DNA from: an uncultured Chthonomonadales bacterium
Lineage (GTDB): Bacteria; Armatimonadota; Chthonomonadetes; Chthonomonadales; CAJBBX01
Length of the DNA: 64,000 bases
Reading direction: 5' to 3'
NCBI GenBank assembly: GCA_938005745.1
Contig: CALLMM010000003.1
Span: 10,572-74,571 of the forward strand
Positions within the stretch are counted from its first letter, which is position 1; each line of letters begins with the position of its first letter. Under the pieces are notes generated by a model, which was not told where the DNA came from, did not search any database, and saw nothing but the letters and a program-made list of their open reading frames with translations. This document shows, piece after piece, positions 9,986 to 17,941 of the stretch. The translations under genes and the position numbers were made by a program.

Positions 9986-10417
9986 ATGAGAATATCGAAA
10001 GAGAGTATAACGATCGGCTTGATCGGACTGGCTGATCTGATCACAACTATCTACTGGATTCTCTATAAAGGAGCAGACGAAGCCAATCCGCTGTTTGCAT
10101 TCTTTCTATCTCTGGGGATCGGCTGCTTTATTGTTATGAAGCTGGTGATGCTTGCCTGCCCCCTCTATGTGCTGGAGTATGCGCGGATGCGTTCTCCGGA
10201 TTTTACGCGCCGCGCCTCACGTTGTGCGATAGCCGCCTACCTCAGCCTCTATATGGTAGGCGTGGTGAATATCAACCCGCATCTGGTGGGCATTGAGCCT
10301 GTCTATGCCGCATCGGACTCAAGACAGGTTCCTGAGAGCGTGTTGAATAACTACACGAAACTGCCGACAGGAATGAAGATGAGCCTTGCCTGTCAGATCT
10401 CAGAACCCATGCAGTAG
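9986..10417 (+). CDS. Small polytopic membrane protein (DUF5658-like, EANP motif)
   Basis: 143 aa with 3-4 hydrophobic helices and GADEANPLF after the first helix. GC content and GC3 are visibly lower than in the flanking glc genes. It is on the strand opposite to the glc genes. Confidence 0.6.
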   Translation: MRISKESITIGLIGLADLITTIYWILYKGADEANPLFAFFLSLGIGCFIVMKLVMLACPLYVLEYARMRSPDFTRRASRCAIAAYLSLYMVGVVNINPHLVGIEPVYAASDSRQVPESVLNNYTKLPTGMKMSLACQISEPMQ

Positions 10418-10491
10418 CCGTATCAGGAAGAACATGCGCCGTCGAACACAGGGCAGAGCCGGGAGCGTTTCGCAAGCGTTCCCGGCTCGCT

Positions 10492-11949
10492 CTATACGTA
10501 GGCGGTCTTCGGTCTCCATTTCGTCTCGATGCACGACTTGGAGGTCGGCAGCAGTTTGCCGGGATTGCACAGGTTGTTTGGATTGAATACCCTTCGCAGC
10601 CGCTCCATGCAGTCCAGATCCTCCGGCGAGAACAGAAGCGGCATGGCGTTGATCTTCTCCACACCGATGCCGTGCTCTCCCGTGATGGAGCCGCCCACCT
10701 TCACGCACAGATGCAGTATCTCCTCCCCCGCGCTGACAACCCGTTTCACCTCCTCGGGATCGCGGTCATCGAACAGTACGCAGGGATGCAGGTTGCCGTC
10801 TCCAGCGTGGAAGATATTGCAGATGCGAATGCCGTATCGCTGAGCGATCTGCGCGATCTCTCGCAGCACCACCGGCAGCTTGCTGCGGGGAATGACGCCA
10901 TCCTGCGTGACGATGCTCGGAGCCAGTCGTCCCGCCGCCCCGATCCCTTTTTTGCGCGCCATCCACAGCTTTGCCCGCTCTTCCGGAGTGGCTGCCTGCC
11001 GGATCTCACGGGCGCGATTCTTCTGGCAGATTTCGCGCGCCCGCGCGGCGTCGGTCTCCAGCCCCGCTTCAAATCCGTCCAGTTCGATGATGAGGACAGC
11101 TCCGGCGTCCTTTGGGAATCCCAGATGGAAGGCGTCTTCGATCGCCTGCAGAATCAGCTGGTCTATCATCTCCAGCGCGCCGGGCAGCATTCCGGCGGCG
11201 ATGATGTCGGAGACGGTCTGTGTGCAGTCGTCCACCGTGTCGAAGATAGCAAGCAGGGTGCGATAGGATTGGGGCAGCGGCGTCAGGCGCAGCGTAACCT
11301 CAGTCACGATCCCCAGCGTGCCCTCCGACCCGACCACGAACCCGACCAGATCGTAGCCGGGAGTGTCTTCCGTTTCGCCTCCCAACTCGATGATCTCGCC
11401 GTCCGGCATCACCATCTTCAGCCCGGTGATGTGGTTGGTGGTGACGCCATACTTGAGGGTATGGGGACCTCCGGAGTTCTCCGCAACGTTGCCGCCCACC
11501 GTGCAGGCGCCCTGACTGGAGGGATCCGGCGCGTAGTGCAGCCCCTCGTGCGCGACGGCTTTCGTCAGGTGGAGATTGATGCAGCCTGCCTGCGCTACCA
11601 TCCGGCGGTTGATCAGGTCCGTGCTCAGTATCCGGTTCATGCGAACCGTTGCGATCACCACCCCCCCAAAGAGCGCGGTGGTTCCCCCCGACAGACCGGT
11701 TCCGGCTCCCCGTGGAATGAAGGGAACCTCCAGACGGTTGCAGAGCCGAACTACGGCTGCCACCTGCTCGGTGGTTTCGGGAAGCACGATGACAGAGGGG
11801 GTGGCTTTATCCACGGTGTAGGCGTCGCAGTCGTAGACGCGCTGCTGAGCGCGACCGCTTAACACGCGCTCGGCTCCCAGGATCGCGGTTAACTCCTGCA
11901 CAAGCTGCTGTTCACTGACTTTCAGATCGAGGGCGGCGCTGCTCATCAT
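10492..11949 (-). CDS. glcD: Glycolate oxidase subunit GlcD (FAD-linked oxidase)
   Basis: FAD-binding domain PRGAGTGLSGG and a C-terminal FAD-oxidase domain (GEHGIGVEK). 485 aa. Confidence 0.9.
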   Translation of the reverse strand: MMSSAALDLKVSEQQLVQELTAILGAERVLSGRAQQRVYDCDAYTVDKATPSVIVLPETTEQVAAVVRLCNRLEVPFIPRGAGTGLSGGTTALFGGVVIATVRMNRILSTDLINRRMVAQAGCINLHLTKAVAHEGLHYAPDPSSQGACTVGGNVAENSGGPHTLKYGVTTNHITGLKMVMPDGEIIELGGETEDTPGYDLVGFVVGSEGTLGIVTEVTLRLTPLPQSYRTLLAIFDTVDDCTQTVSDIIAAGMLPGALEMIDQLILQAIEDAFHLGFPKDAGAVLIIELDGFEAGLETDAARAREICQKNRAREIRQAATPEERAKLWMARKKGIGAAGRLAPSIVTQDGVIPRSKLPVVLREIAQIAQRYGIRICNIFHAGDGNLHPCVLFDDRDPEEVKRVVSAGEEILHLCVKVGGSITGEHGIGVEKINAMPLLFSPEDLDCMERLRRVFNPNNLCNPGKLLPTSKSCIETKWRPKTAYV

Positions 11950-11969
11950 GTTATCCCATCGCAGAGTGA

Positions 11970-12001
11970 GGCAGGCTCTCCGTCATAGAGGAGAGCCTGC
12001 C
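11970..12001 (-). terminator. 12-bp GC-rich hairpin downstream of the ThuA-like gene
   Basis: ggcaggctctcc (11970-11981) pairs with ggagagcctgcc (11990-12001). It lies 12 nt past the ThuA-like stop and 21 nt upstream of the glcD start. There is no U-tract. Confidence 0.4.
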
Positions 12002-12012
12002 GGGGGAGATCG

Positions 12013-12768
12013 TCAGGACTCTTTCGCGCACCAGAAGACCGCGTTGGTGATCACCTTGCGGACATTGTCATTAAAGTAGGTGGGGATCGTCTCGTGTCCC
12101 GGTCGGAAGTAGAAGACCCTTCCAATACCGTATCCCTCTCCCACGCCGCCGCCCGGACCGGAGGTGAACCCCTCGGTTTTGCCTTTCCCGACCGTCCAGG
12201 TGAGACCGGAGGGGAAGGTGCGACCGTCCAGCGGGAAGTAGGACTGGAAGATCACTTCCAGCGGCGGGGGGACATCAAACGGCGCGCCGTAGAACTCCTC
12301 ATGCTCCAGCGTGAAGTCCTTGATCCCTTTCGCGATGGGATGCCACGGGGCGCAGACCCGAATATTCTCCGCCTCCGGGGGATCGTTCTCGCGCCATCCG
12401 CCTTTCAGGTGACCGGGACAACCCAGAACCGACTGGAAGGGGCGCGAATAGTGCGCGGAGTGCAGGGCAATAAAGCCCATTCCCTGCTCGTGAACGCGGT
12501 AGGCGATGCGCTGTACGGACTCATCGTTGACTTCGCCATGCCGCGCATGACCCCACCAGATCAGAACGTCGGTATTCGCCAGCGTATCCCATATGCAGCC
12601 CTGTTCAGGATCATCCAGGTGGGCGGTCTGAACCTCCACCCTCTTTTTCCCGTATTTCCTGATCCCTTCGGCAACAGCGCCGCGTATGCTGTCCGGATAG
12701 ACCTCTTTCGGGGCATGCGGGGGATTCTCGTCCCAGACCAGCACCCGAACAACTCCGTTTTCTGCCAT
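12013..12768 (-). CDS. ThuA-domain protein (trehalose-utilisation-like, class-I glutamine amidotransferase fold)
   Basis: VRVLVWDENPPHAPKEVYP..., WWGHARHGEV and FIALHSAH are typical of the ThuA family. 251 aa. Confidence 0.85.
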   Translation of the reverse strand: MAENGVVRVLVWDENPPHAPKEVYPDSIRGAVAEGIRKYGKKRVEVQTAHLDDPEQGCIWDTLANTDVLIWWGHARHGEVNDESVQRIAYRVHEQGMGFIALHSAHYSRPFQSVLGCPGHLKGGWRENDPPEAENIRVCAPWHPIAKGIKDFTLEHEEFYGAPFDVPPPLEVIFQSYFPLDGRTFPSGLTWTVGKGKTEGFTSGPGGGVGEGYGIGRVFYFRPGHETIPTYFNDNVRKVITNAVFWCAKES

Positions 12769-12863
12769 CGGGCAACCTCCTGTGTTCGTTCCGGGAGCAG
12801 AATGCCTGCTCTCCTCTTCATTCTACCTCCTGCCGGAACATCCTTCAAAGGCAGGAAGAAGGC

Positions 12864-13595
12864 TCACAGCTGATGCGAGATATGCTGAAGTACGATCTGG
12901 TTGGGGATCAGGTGCGACGGCATTGCTAGCAGGTCCAGTATACTGTGTGCAACCTCCCCCGCCGTGAGCAGCATCTCCGGTCGGGGTTTTCCGGCTATCC
13001 CCTCCCAGAAGGGGGTATCCACGCCGGAGCAGTAGACTCCGGTGACGCGAATGCCGGATCGTCTCCCCTCCTGCGCCAGTGCGTTGGTGAGACCGGCAAG
13101 GGCATGTTTGGTGGCGCAGTAGAGCGCGGCGTTGGGGATTGTTTTCACGCCGAGAATGCCGCACAGGTTGATGATCATCCCCTCTTTCTGTGCGGACATC
13201 ACCTGCCAGACCGCTTTTGCAGAGAGGATCGCCCCTTTCACGTTGACATTGAGCAGACGATCTATGGTCTCTTCAGAGGTGTCCGTCAGCGGACCAAGAT
13301 AGCCGGCTCCTGCGCAGTGCACCAGCGCGTCCAGCCTGCCAAACCGATCCACGGTCTGTTGTACCGCATTCTCGATCTGAGCGGCGATAGTCACATCCGC
13401 CTGCACGGCGTGCAGTTTCGCGCCGGGGAAAAAGATCTCATCTACGGTCTGCTGCAGCCGCTCCATGCTTCGACCGCAAATGGTGACAGCAGATCCCTGT
13501 TTCAGCAGCCTCTCTGCTGCCGCCTTTCCGATGCCGCTGCTGCCGCCGGTAATGAGCGCGACGCCTTTAAACATCCGGTATATCTCCTTCAACAA
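12864..13595 (-). CDS. Short-chain dehydrogenase/reductase (SDR)
   Basis: Cofactor motif TGGSSGIGKA and catalytic YCATKHAL. The true start may be ATG 13574 (MFKGVALITGG). Confidence 0.9.
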   Translation of the reverse strand: MLKEIYRMFKGVALITGGSSGIGKAAAERLLKQGSAVTICGRSMERLQQTVDEIFFPGAKLHAVQADVTIAAQIENAVQQTVDRFGRLDALVHCAGAGYLGPLTDTSEETIDRLLNVNVKGAILSAKAVWQVMSAQKEGMIINLCGILGVKTIPNAALYCATKHALAGLTNALAQEGRRSGIRVTGVYCSGVDTPFWEGIAGKPRPEMLLTAGEVAHSILDLLAMPSHLIPNQIVLQHISHQL

Positions 13596-13650
13596 GTGTC
13601 ACCTAATCTACGCAGACGCAAAACAGGATGCTCCCCTGAGCGAAGCTGGC

Positions 13651-13679
13651 TTGACAACCGACCGCCAGCGCACTATCAT
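13651..13679 (+). promoter_or_regulatory. Sigma-70-type promoter TTGACA-N17-TATCAT
   Basis: TTGACA at 13651-13656, a 17-nt spacer, and TATCAT at 13674-13679. It lies upstream of the metallopeptidase-like gene, inside the non-coding part of ORF-track entry 12945-14480. Confidence 0.55.
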
Positions 13680-13736
13680 GAGGCAGATCGCATCATGCGA
13701 CAGGTAGGCTATCCTCTTGAATCGAGATACAGGCGA

Positions 13737-14480
13737 ATGAGACCCGCTCATTTACATTTCATCCTCCTCGCAGGACTGCTGCTGCTTGCTTGCCGCTCTT
13801 TCGCACAGAACCGAACCGGCGCCGCGTACGATCCGACCTCTCTCTACCAGAAACGCATCCTGCAGGGATTTACGCTCTACATCCATCCGGAAGCGCTGGA
13901 ACGGGAGAAGGAGACAGGAATCGCACTCAGGCTGCTGGAAGAGAAGTTATCGGAGATCGTGCGGATCATGCCGGATGACAGGCTGAAGAGGCTGCGGCAG
14001 TTCGCCTTCTGGATCGAATGGGAGGGACGGTTTCCCACCGCGATGGTCTGTCATCTCTCGGCGGAATGGCTGCGGGAGAACGGGCACAATCCCGACAAGG
14101 AGTTAAGCGTCGAGATGGTTCATCCTCCGAAGTTCGTCCAATGGACGACGGAGGATCAGCCGATGATGGTTCTGCATGAACTCGCCCATGCCTACCACTA
14201 TAAGTTTCTCACGCGGCAGAACCCGGACGTTCTGAAAGCCTTTGACAGTGCGGTGAAGAGCGGGAAGTACGAGATGGTGCCCTATGTTCGCGGACAGAAG
14301 CTGCGCGCATACGCGCTGACAAACGATACCGAATACTTCGCAGAGTTGACGGAAGCCTACTTCGGGCGCAACGACTTCTATCCGTTTACCCGTGACGAGT
14401 TGAAGGCGTTCGATCCCGAAGGATATGCGCTGATGGAGCGCGTCTGGGGCAAACCAAAAGAGGAGATCAAAAGACCATGA
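13737..14480 (+). CDS. Secreted zinc-metallopeptidase-like protein (HExxH plus downstream EYFAE)
   Basis: Signal peptide MRPAHLHFILLAGLLLLACRSFAQ. HELAHAYH plus NDTEYFAELTEAYF resembles the gluzincin/M90-type arrangement. An alternative in-frame ATG lies at 13695. The 5' part of the 511-aa track ORF is antisense to the SDR gene. Confidence 0.7.
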   Translation: MRPAHLHFILLAGLLLLACRSFAQNRTGAAYDPTSLYQKRILQGFTLYIHPEALEREKETGIALRLLEEKLSEIVRIMPDDRLKRLRQFAFWIEWEGRFPTAMVCHLSAEWLRENGHNPDKELSVEMVHPPKFVQWTTEDQPMMVLHELAHAYHYKFLTRQNPDVLKAFDSAVKSGKYEMVPYVRGQKLRAYALTNDTEYFAELTEAYFGRNDFYPFTRDELKAFDPEGYALMERVWGKPKEEIKRP

Positions 14481-15523
14481 GCGCAAAGATCGGTCTGGGC
14501 GTCCTGAGCTGGGCGCACGGGCATGTCAATGCCTACTGCAGCATGATCAGAGAGTTTGACGATGCGCGGCTGGTTGCCTGCTGGGACGATAATGAGGAGC
14601 GGGGACGGCAGAACGCCTCCGCCTTTGGCATGACCTACAGCTCCGATCTGGAGGCGGTGCTGATTAACCCGGATGTCGAGTGCGTGATGATCGCCTCTGA
14701 GACCAGCAAACATGCCGCTCTGTGCGTGCGCGCGGCGCAGGCGGGAAAGGCGATCCTGCTGCAAAAGCCGATGGCGCTCACGCTGGAGGACTGCGATCGA
14801 ATCATCGAGGCGGTGGAGAGAGCCGGGGTATGGTTTTCGATGGCGTATCAGATGCGGCATGACCCGCAGAACATCCATATGAAGCGTCTGGTGGAGGAGG
14901 GCGCGGTCGGCAGAGTGGGGATCGTGCGAAGAAGGCACTGTATCGGGGTGCTCTTCAGTGAAGCCTTCATAAACGGACCCAGCCGATGGCATATCTCGCG
15001 GGAGGCGAATCGAGGCATGTGGATGGACGACGCCGCGCATCCCTGCGACTGGCTCTACTGGATGTTCGGGAAGCCGAAATCGGTCATCGCTGAGGTGGAC
15101 AATGTGCTGACGAACGTTGCCCCGGATGATGCGGGCTTTGCGATATTCCGCTACGAAAACGGCATGATGGCGGAGGTCCACAACGCCAGCATCACGCATG
15201 CCGGAGAGAACACCACCGAGATCTATGGCGATAAAGGTGTTATCATCCAGAATCATGGCGACGGTCCCTCCTGCGCCGTCAAGCCTCCGCATCCTATCGG
15301 CGTGAAGCTGTACCAGTCGGAGCGCGCGGATCTGGGCTGGCAGGATCAGGGGCTGCCGGTGCCCGGCGGTCATGGCGAGCGGATCATGGGGGTTGCGCGC
15401 CCCTTTGTGGATGCGCTGAAAGCCGGGAGACCGATGTGTACCGCACGCGAGGGGCGGGTCAGTGTGGAGATGGTCTTAGCCGCCTACGAATCTGCGGAGA
15501 CAGGAAGGCGAGTCGCCCTTTGA
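14477..15523 (+). CDS. Gfo/Idh/MocA family NAD(P)-dependent oxidoreductase
   Basis: N-terminal Rossmann segment IGLGVLSWAHGHV and family-typical ...LLQKPMALTLEDCD.... 348 aa. The ATG overlaps the upstream stop (ATGA). Confidence 0.9.
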   Translation: MSAKIGLGVLSWAHGHVNAYCSMIREFDDARLVACWDDNEERGRQNASAFGMTYSSDLEAVLINPDVECVMIASETSKHAALCVRAAQAGKAILLQKPMALTLEDCDRIIEAVERAGVWFSMAYQMRHDPQNIHMKRLVEEGAVGRVGIVRRRHCIGVLFSEAFINGPSRWHISREANRGMWMDDAAHPCDWLYWMFGKPKSVIAEVDNVLTNVAPDDAGFAIFRYENGMMAEVHNASITHAGENTTEIYGDKGVIIQNHGDGPSCAVKPPHPIGVKLYQSERADLGWQDQGLPVPGGHGERIMGVARPFVDALKAGRPMCTAREGRVSVEMVLAAYESAETGRRVAL

Positions 15524-17037
15524 TTCGAACGGCTCTTCCCTGCATCTTTCTGGCGTGCATGACCGCCGGCATATCGGGCGATCGAGCGGAATCCGGCATC
15601 GGAGAGAAGACATCCTTCCCCGAGATCAGGCGCGAGTTTCGCGGGGTCTGGGTCGCGTCCGTCGCCAACATAGACTGGCCCTCCCGGCGCGGTCTCTCCT
15701 CCCGCGAACAGCGTCTGGAACTGCGCGCCATCCTGGACCGCGCCAAACAACTGAACCTCAACGCCGTCATCCTGCAGGTGAGACCTGCCTGTGACGCCCT
15801 CTATCCCTCGAAGCTGGAACCCTGGTCGGAGTTTCTTACCGGGAAGATGGGTAAAGCCCCGGATCCGTTCTATGACCCTCTGGAGTATGCGATCACAGAG
15901 GCGCATCGTCGCGGACTGGAGCTTCACGCCTGGTTTAATCCCTACCGCGCCAGTCATCCCTCCTTCAAGGCGGAGATCTCGCCCGATCACATTAGCCGAC
16001 GACGCCCGGATCTGGTGAAAAAGTACGGTCGCTATCTGTGGCTCGATCCGGCACGCAAAGAGGTTCAGGACTACAGCATTCGCGTTGTTATGGATGTGCT
16101 CCAGCGCTACGATCTGGACGGAGTGCACATTGACGACTACTTCTACCCCTACCGCGAGAGAGACGCCCGCGGCAATCTGCTGGATTTTCCCGATGAAGAC
16201 AGCTGGCACGCCTATTTGAAGTCGGGAGGGAGCATGTCCCGGGACGACTGGCGGCGTGAAAACGTTAACGCCTTCATCAGGCGGCTCTATCGTGAGATCA
16301 AGAGCCGCAAGCCCTGGGTGAAGTTCGGCGTCAGCCCCTTCGGGATATGGAGACCGGGAAATCCGCCGGGCATTCAGGGGATGGACGCCTATGCGCAGAT
16401 CTATGCCGATTCTCGATTATGGCTGCATGAGGGCTGGCTGGACTACTTCGCGCCCCAGCTCTACTGGAGGATCGAGCAGACGGCGCAGAGCTACCCCGCG
16501 CTTTTGCAGTGGTGGTCGGAGCAGAATGTAAAGCGCCGCCACCTCTGGCCCGGCAGCTTCACCAGCCGTGTGGGAGGTTCCGGGGCAAATAACTGGACTG
16601 CCGCGGAGATCGTCCAACAGGTTCTCACTGCGCGAGAGCAGGAGGGAGCTGGAGGAAGCATTCACTTCAGCATGAAGGCGCTGATGGAGAACCGGGGCGG
16701 GATCGCGGAGAGCCTTCTGAAGGAGGTCTACGCGCAGCCTGCGCTGGTTCCGGAGTCGCCGTGGCTGAGCAGAAGCCGCCCTCGCGCTCCGAAGGTACAG
16801 GTCCGGCGGGATGCTGAAGATGGGCGGATCGTCTGTGAATGGAGATGCCCGGAGGGCGGAGCGGTCAGGCTCTGGACGGTGAGAATGAAGATCGGTGACG
16901 AGTGGGTTGTAAGGATTCTGCCACGATCAGAACAGAATCTGAAGCTGCCGGACGATCAGCCGCTGACGATGCTGGTGGTGACAGCCGTGGATCGTCTGGG
17001 AAAAGAGAGCGACGCCGCGATAAAAAAACTGAAATAG
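15520..17037 (+). CDS. Glycoside-hydrolase-like GHL10 (DUF187/YngK-type) exported protein
   Basis: FRGVWVASVANIDWPS and TIM-barrel-like motifs (HAWFNPYR, DGVHIDDYFYP). The likely start is TTG 15520, overlapping the upstream TGA and preceded by GGAGACAGGAAGG. An ATG at 15559 (MTAGISG) is an alternative. Confidence 0.8.
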   Translation: MIRTALPCIFLACMTAGISGDRAESGIGEKTSFPEIRREFRGVWVASVANIDWPSRRGLSSREQRLELRAILDRAKQLNLNAVILQVRPACDALYPSKLEPWSEFLTGKMGKAPDPFYDPLEYAITEAHRRGLELHAWFNPYRASHPSFKAEISPDHISRRRPDLVKKYGRYLWLDPARKEVQDYSIRVVMDVLQRYDLDGVHIDDYFYPYRERDARGNLLDFPDEDSWHAYLKSGGSMSRDDWRRENVNAFIRRLYREIKSRKPWVKFGVSPFGIWRPGNPPGIQGMDAYAQIYADSRLWLHEGWLDYFAPQLYWRIEQTAQSYPALLQWWSEQNVKRRHLWPGSFTSRVGGSGANNWTAAEIVQQVLTAREQEGAGGSIHFSMKALMENRGGIAESLLKEVYAQPALVPESPWLSRSRPRAPKVQVRRDAEDGRIVCEWRCPEGGAVRLWTVRMKIGDEWVVRILPRSEQNLKLPDDQPLTMLVVTAVDRLGKESDAAIKKLK

Positions 17038-17057
17038 CTGCGCCCTGTTAGATGTTC

Positions 17058-17073
17058 TGGCACAATTTATGCA
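17058..17073 (+). promoter_or_regulatory. Sigma-54 (-24/-12) type promoter TGGCAC-N5-aTGCA
   Basis: TGGCACAATTTATGCA has GG and GC at the canonical spacing of the TGGCACG-N4-TTGCA consensus, with one mismatch at -14. It lies 63 nt upstream of the PEP-CTERM gene ATG. Confidence 0.5.
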
Positions 17074-17135
17074 ATATGGCAATACAACGGGGCGATGGTG
17101 TACCGGAATACGTAAGGAAAGGGTAACAATACTGA

Positions 17136-17801
17136 ATGAGGGTACGCAACGCAGTCGTACTGTCTCTGTTTTTTCTGAGCGGAGCGCTGTTCCTCAAGAC
17201 GGAGGCGAAGGGGCAAACCATTGACAGCGGGAATGTCCAGATTAACACCCTGACAAACGTTAAGCCCAACAACGCCGCGGCGGAAAACGACAGCTACGCC
17301 AATCTATTTTTGGAGCGAGCCAATCATACGCTTGCCTCTAGTCTGGCGGTAGATGTCTTCAGTCCGCTGGGCAGCTATAACGGCAGCTCATCCTCCGTTG
17401 GAAGCATTGCCGCTGGAACGGTCGTCAACAGCTACTGGCTGAACGTGGATAAGGTAGGTTCTAGCTCCGTATTGGTCAGTTACTCAGGACAGATCACCTT
17501 CCAGTACAAGATTCTGGGGGTTATCTTCAACAATCAAAGCCGGTTTGCCGGCAGTACTGCCGTTCTAGGAAAACCCGGAACCACCTATCCCGGTGCAGGT
17601 TCATACGGACCGCTGGAAGCCACGGACACTTTCAGCGTAACCAACGGCGGCAAAACTCTGATCTTTAGCTGGAAAGTGAACACCAACGCCGATCAGATGC
17701 GGATTATCACCGCTGTACCGGAGCCGGCTTACTATCAGCTCGGCGCGCTGCTGATAAGCGGAGGACTGCTCACTTTAACCAGGCGACGCAAACAAGCCTA
17801 G
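17136..17801 (+). CDS. PEP-CTERM sorting-domain protein (exosortase substrate)
   Basis: N-terminal signal peptide. The C-terminus AVPEPAYYQLGALLISGGLLTLTRRRKQA has the PEP motif, a TM helix and a basic tail. The body is Ser/Gly/Asn-rich. GC is lower than in the surroundings. Confidence 0.85.
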   Translation: MRVRNAVVLSLFFLSGALFLKTEAKGQTIDSGNVQINTLTNVKPNNAAAENDSYANLFLERANHTLASSLAVDVFSPLGSYNGSSSSVGSIAAGTVVNSYWLNVDKVGSSSVLVSYSGQITFQYKILGVIFNNQSRFAGSTAVLGKPGTTYPGAGSYGPLEATDTFSVTNGGKTLIFSWKVNTNADQMRIITAVPEPAYYQLGALLISGGLLTLTRRRKQA

Positions 17802-17841
17802 TCTTCGGTCTCTCTCACCTTTCATTACTTCGATAGTTCTA

Positions 17842-17875
17842 CAGGGAAAGCCATATGCTGGCTTTCCCTGTTTTT
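17842..17875 (+). terminator. Rho-independent terminator
   Basis: cagggaaagcc (17842-17852) pairs with ggctttccctg (17860-17870), with a 7-nt loop, followed by TTTTT (17871-17875). Confidence 0.8.
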
Positions 17876-17882
17876 CGCCATG

Positions 17883-17891
17883 TGCTATTAT
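17883..17891 (+). promoter_or_regulatory. Possible extended -10 promoter (TGcTATTAT) for the isocitrate dehydrogenase gene
   Basis: TG at 17883-17884 and TATTAT at 17886-17891, about 50 nt upstream of ATG 17942. No convincing -35 element. Confidence 0.35.
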
Positions 17892-17941
17892 ATTCCCAGC
17901 GACTCAAGTGAAGTGCGATCCTGATATGAGTGGAGAGTTCT

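Noticed and set aside
10672-11862. 396-aa plus-strand ORF opposite glcD
   Set aside because: It is antisense to glcD (FAD-oxidase motifs are present on the minus strand) and has low-complexity composition.
12945-13736. N-terminal 264 codons of the 511-aa ORF-track entry 12945-14480
   Set aside because: This part is antisense to the SDR gene (TGGSSGIGKA, YCATKHAL) and runs across an intergenic region containing a TTGACA-N17-TATCAT promoter. The real protein starts with a signal peptide at ATG 13737 (or 13695).
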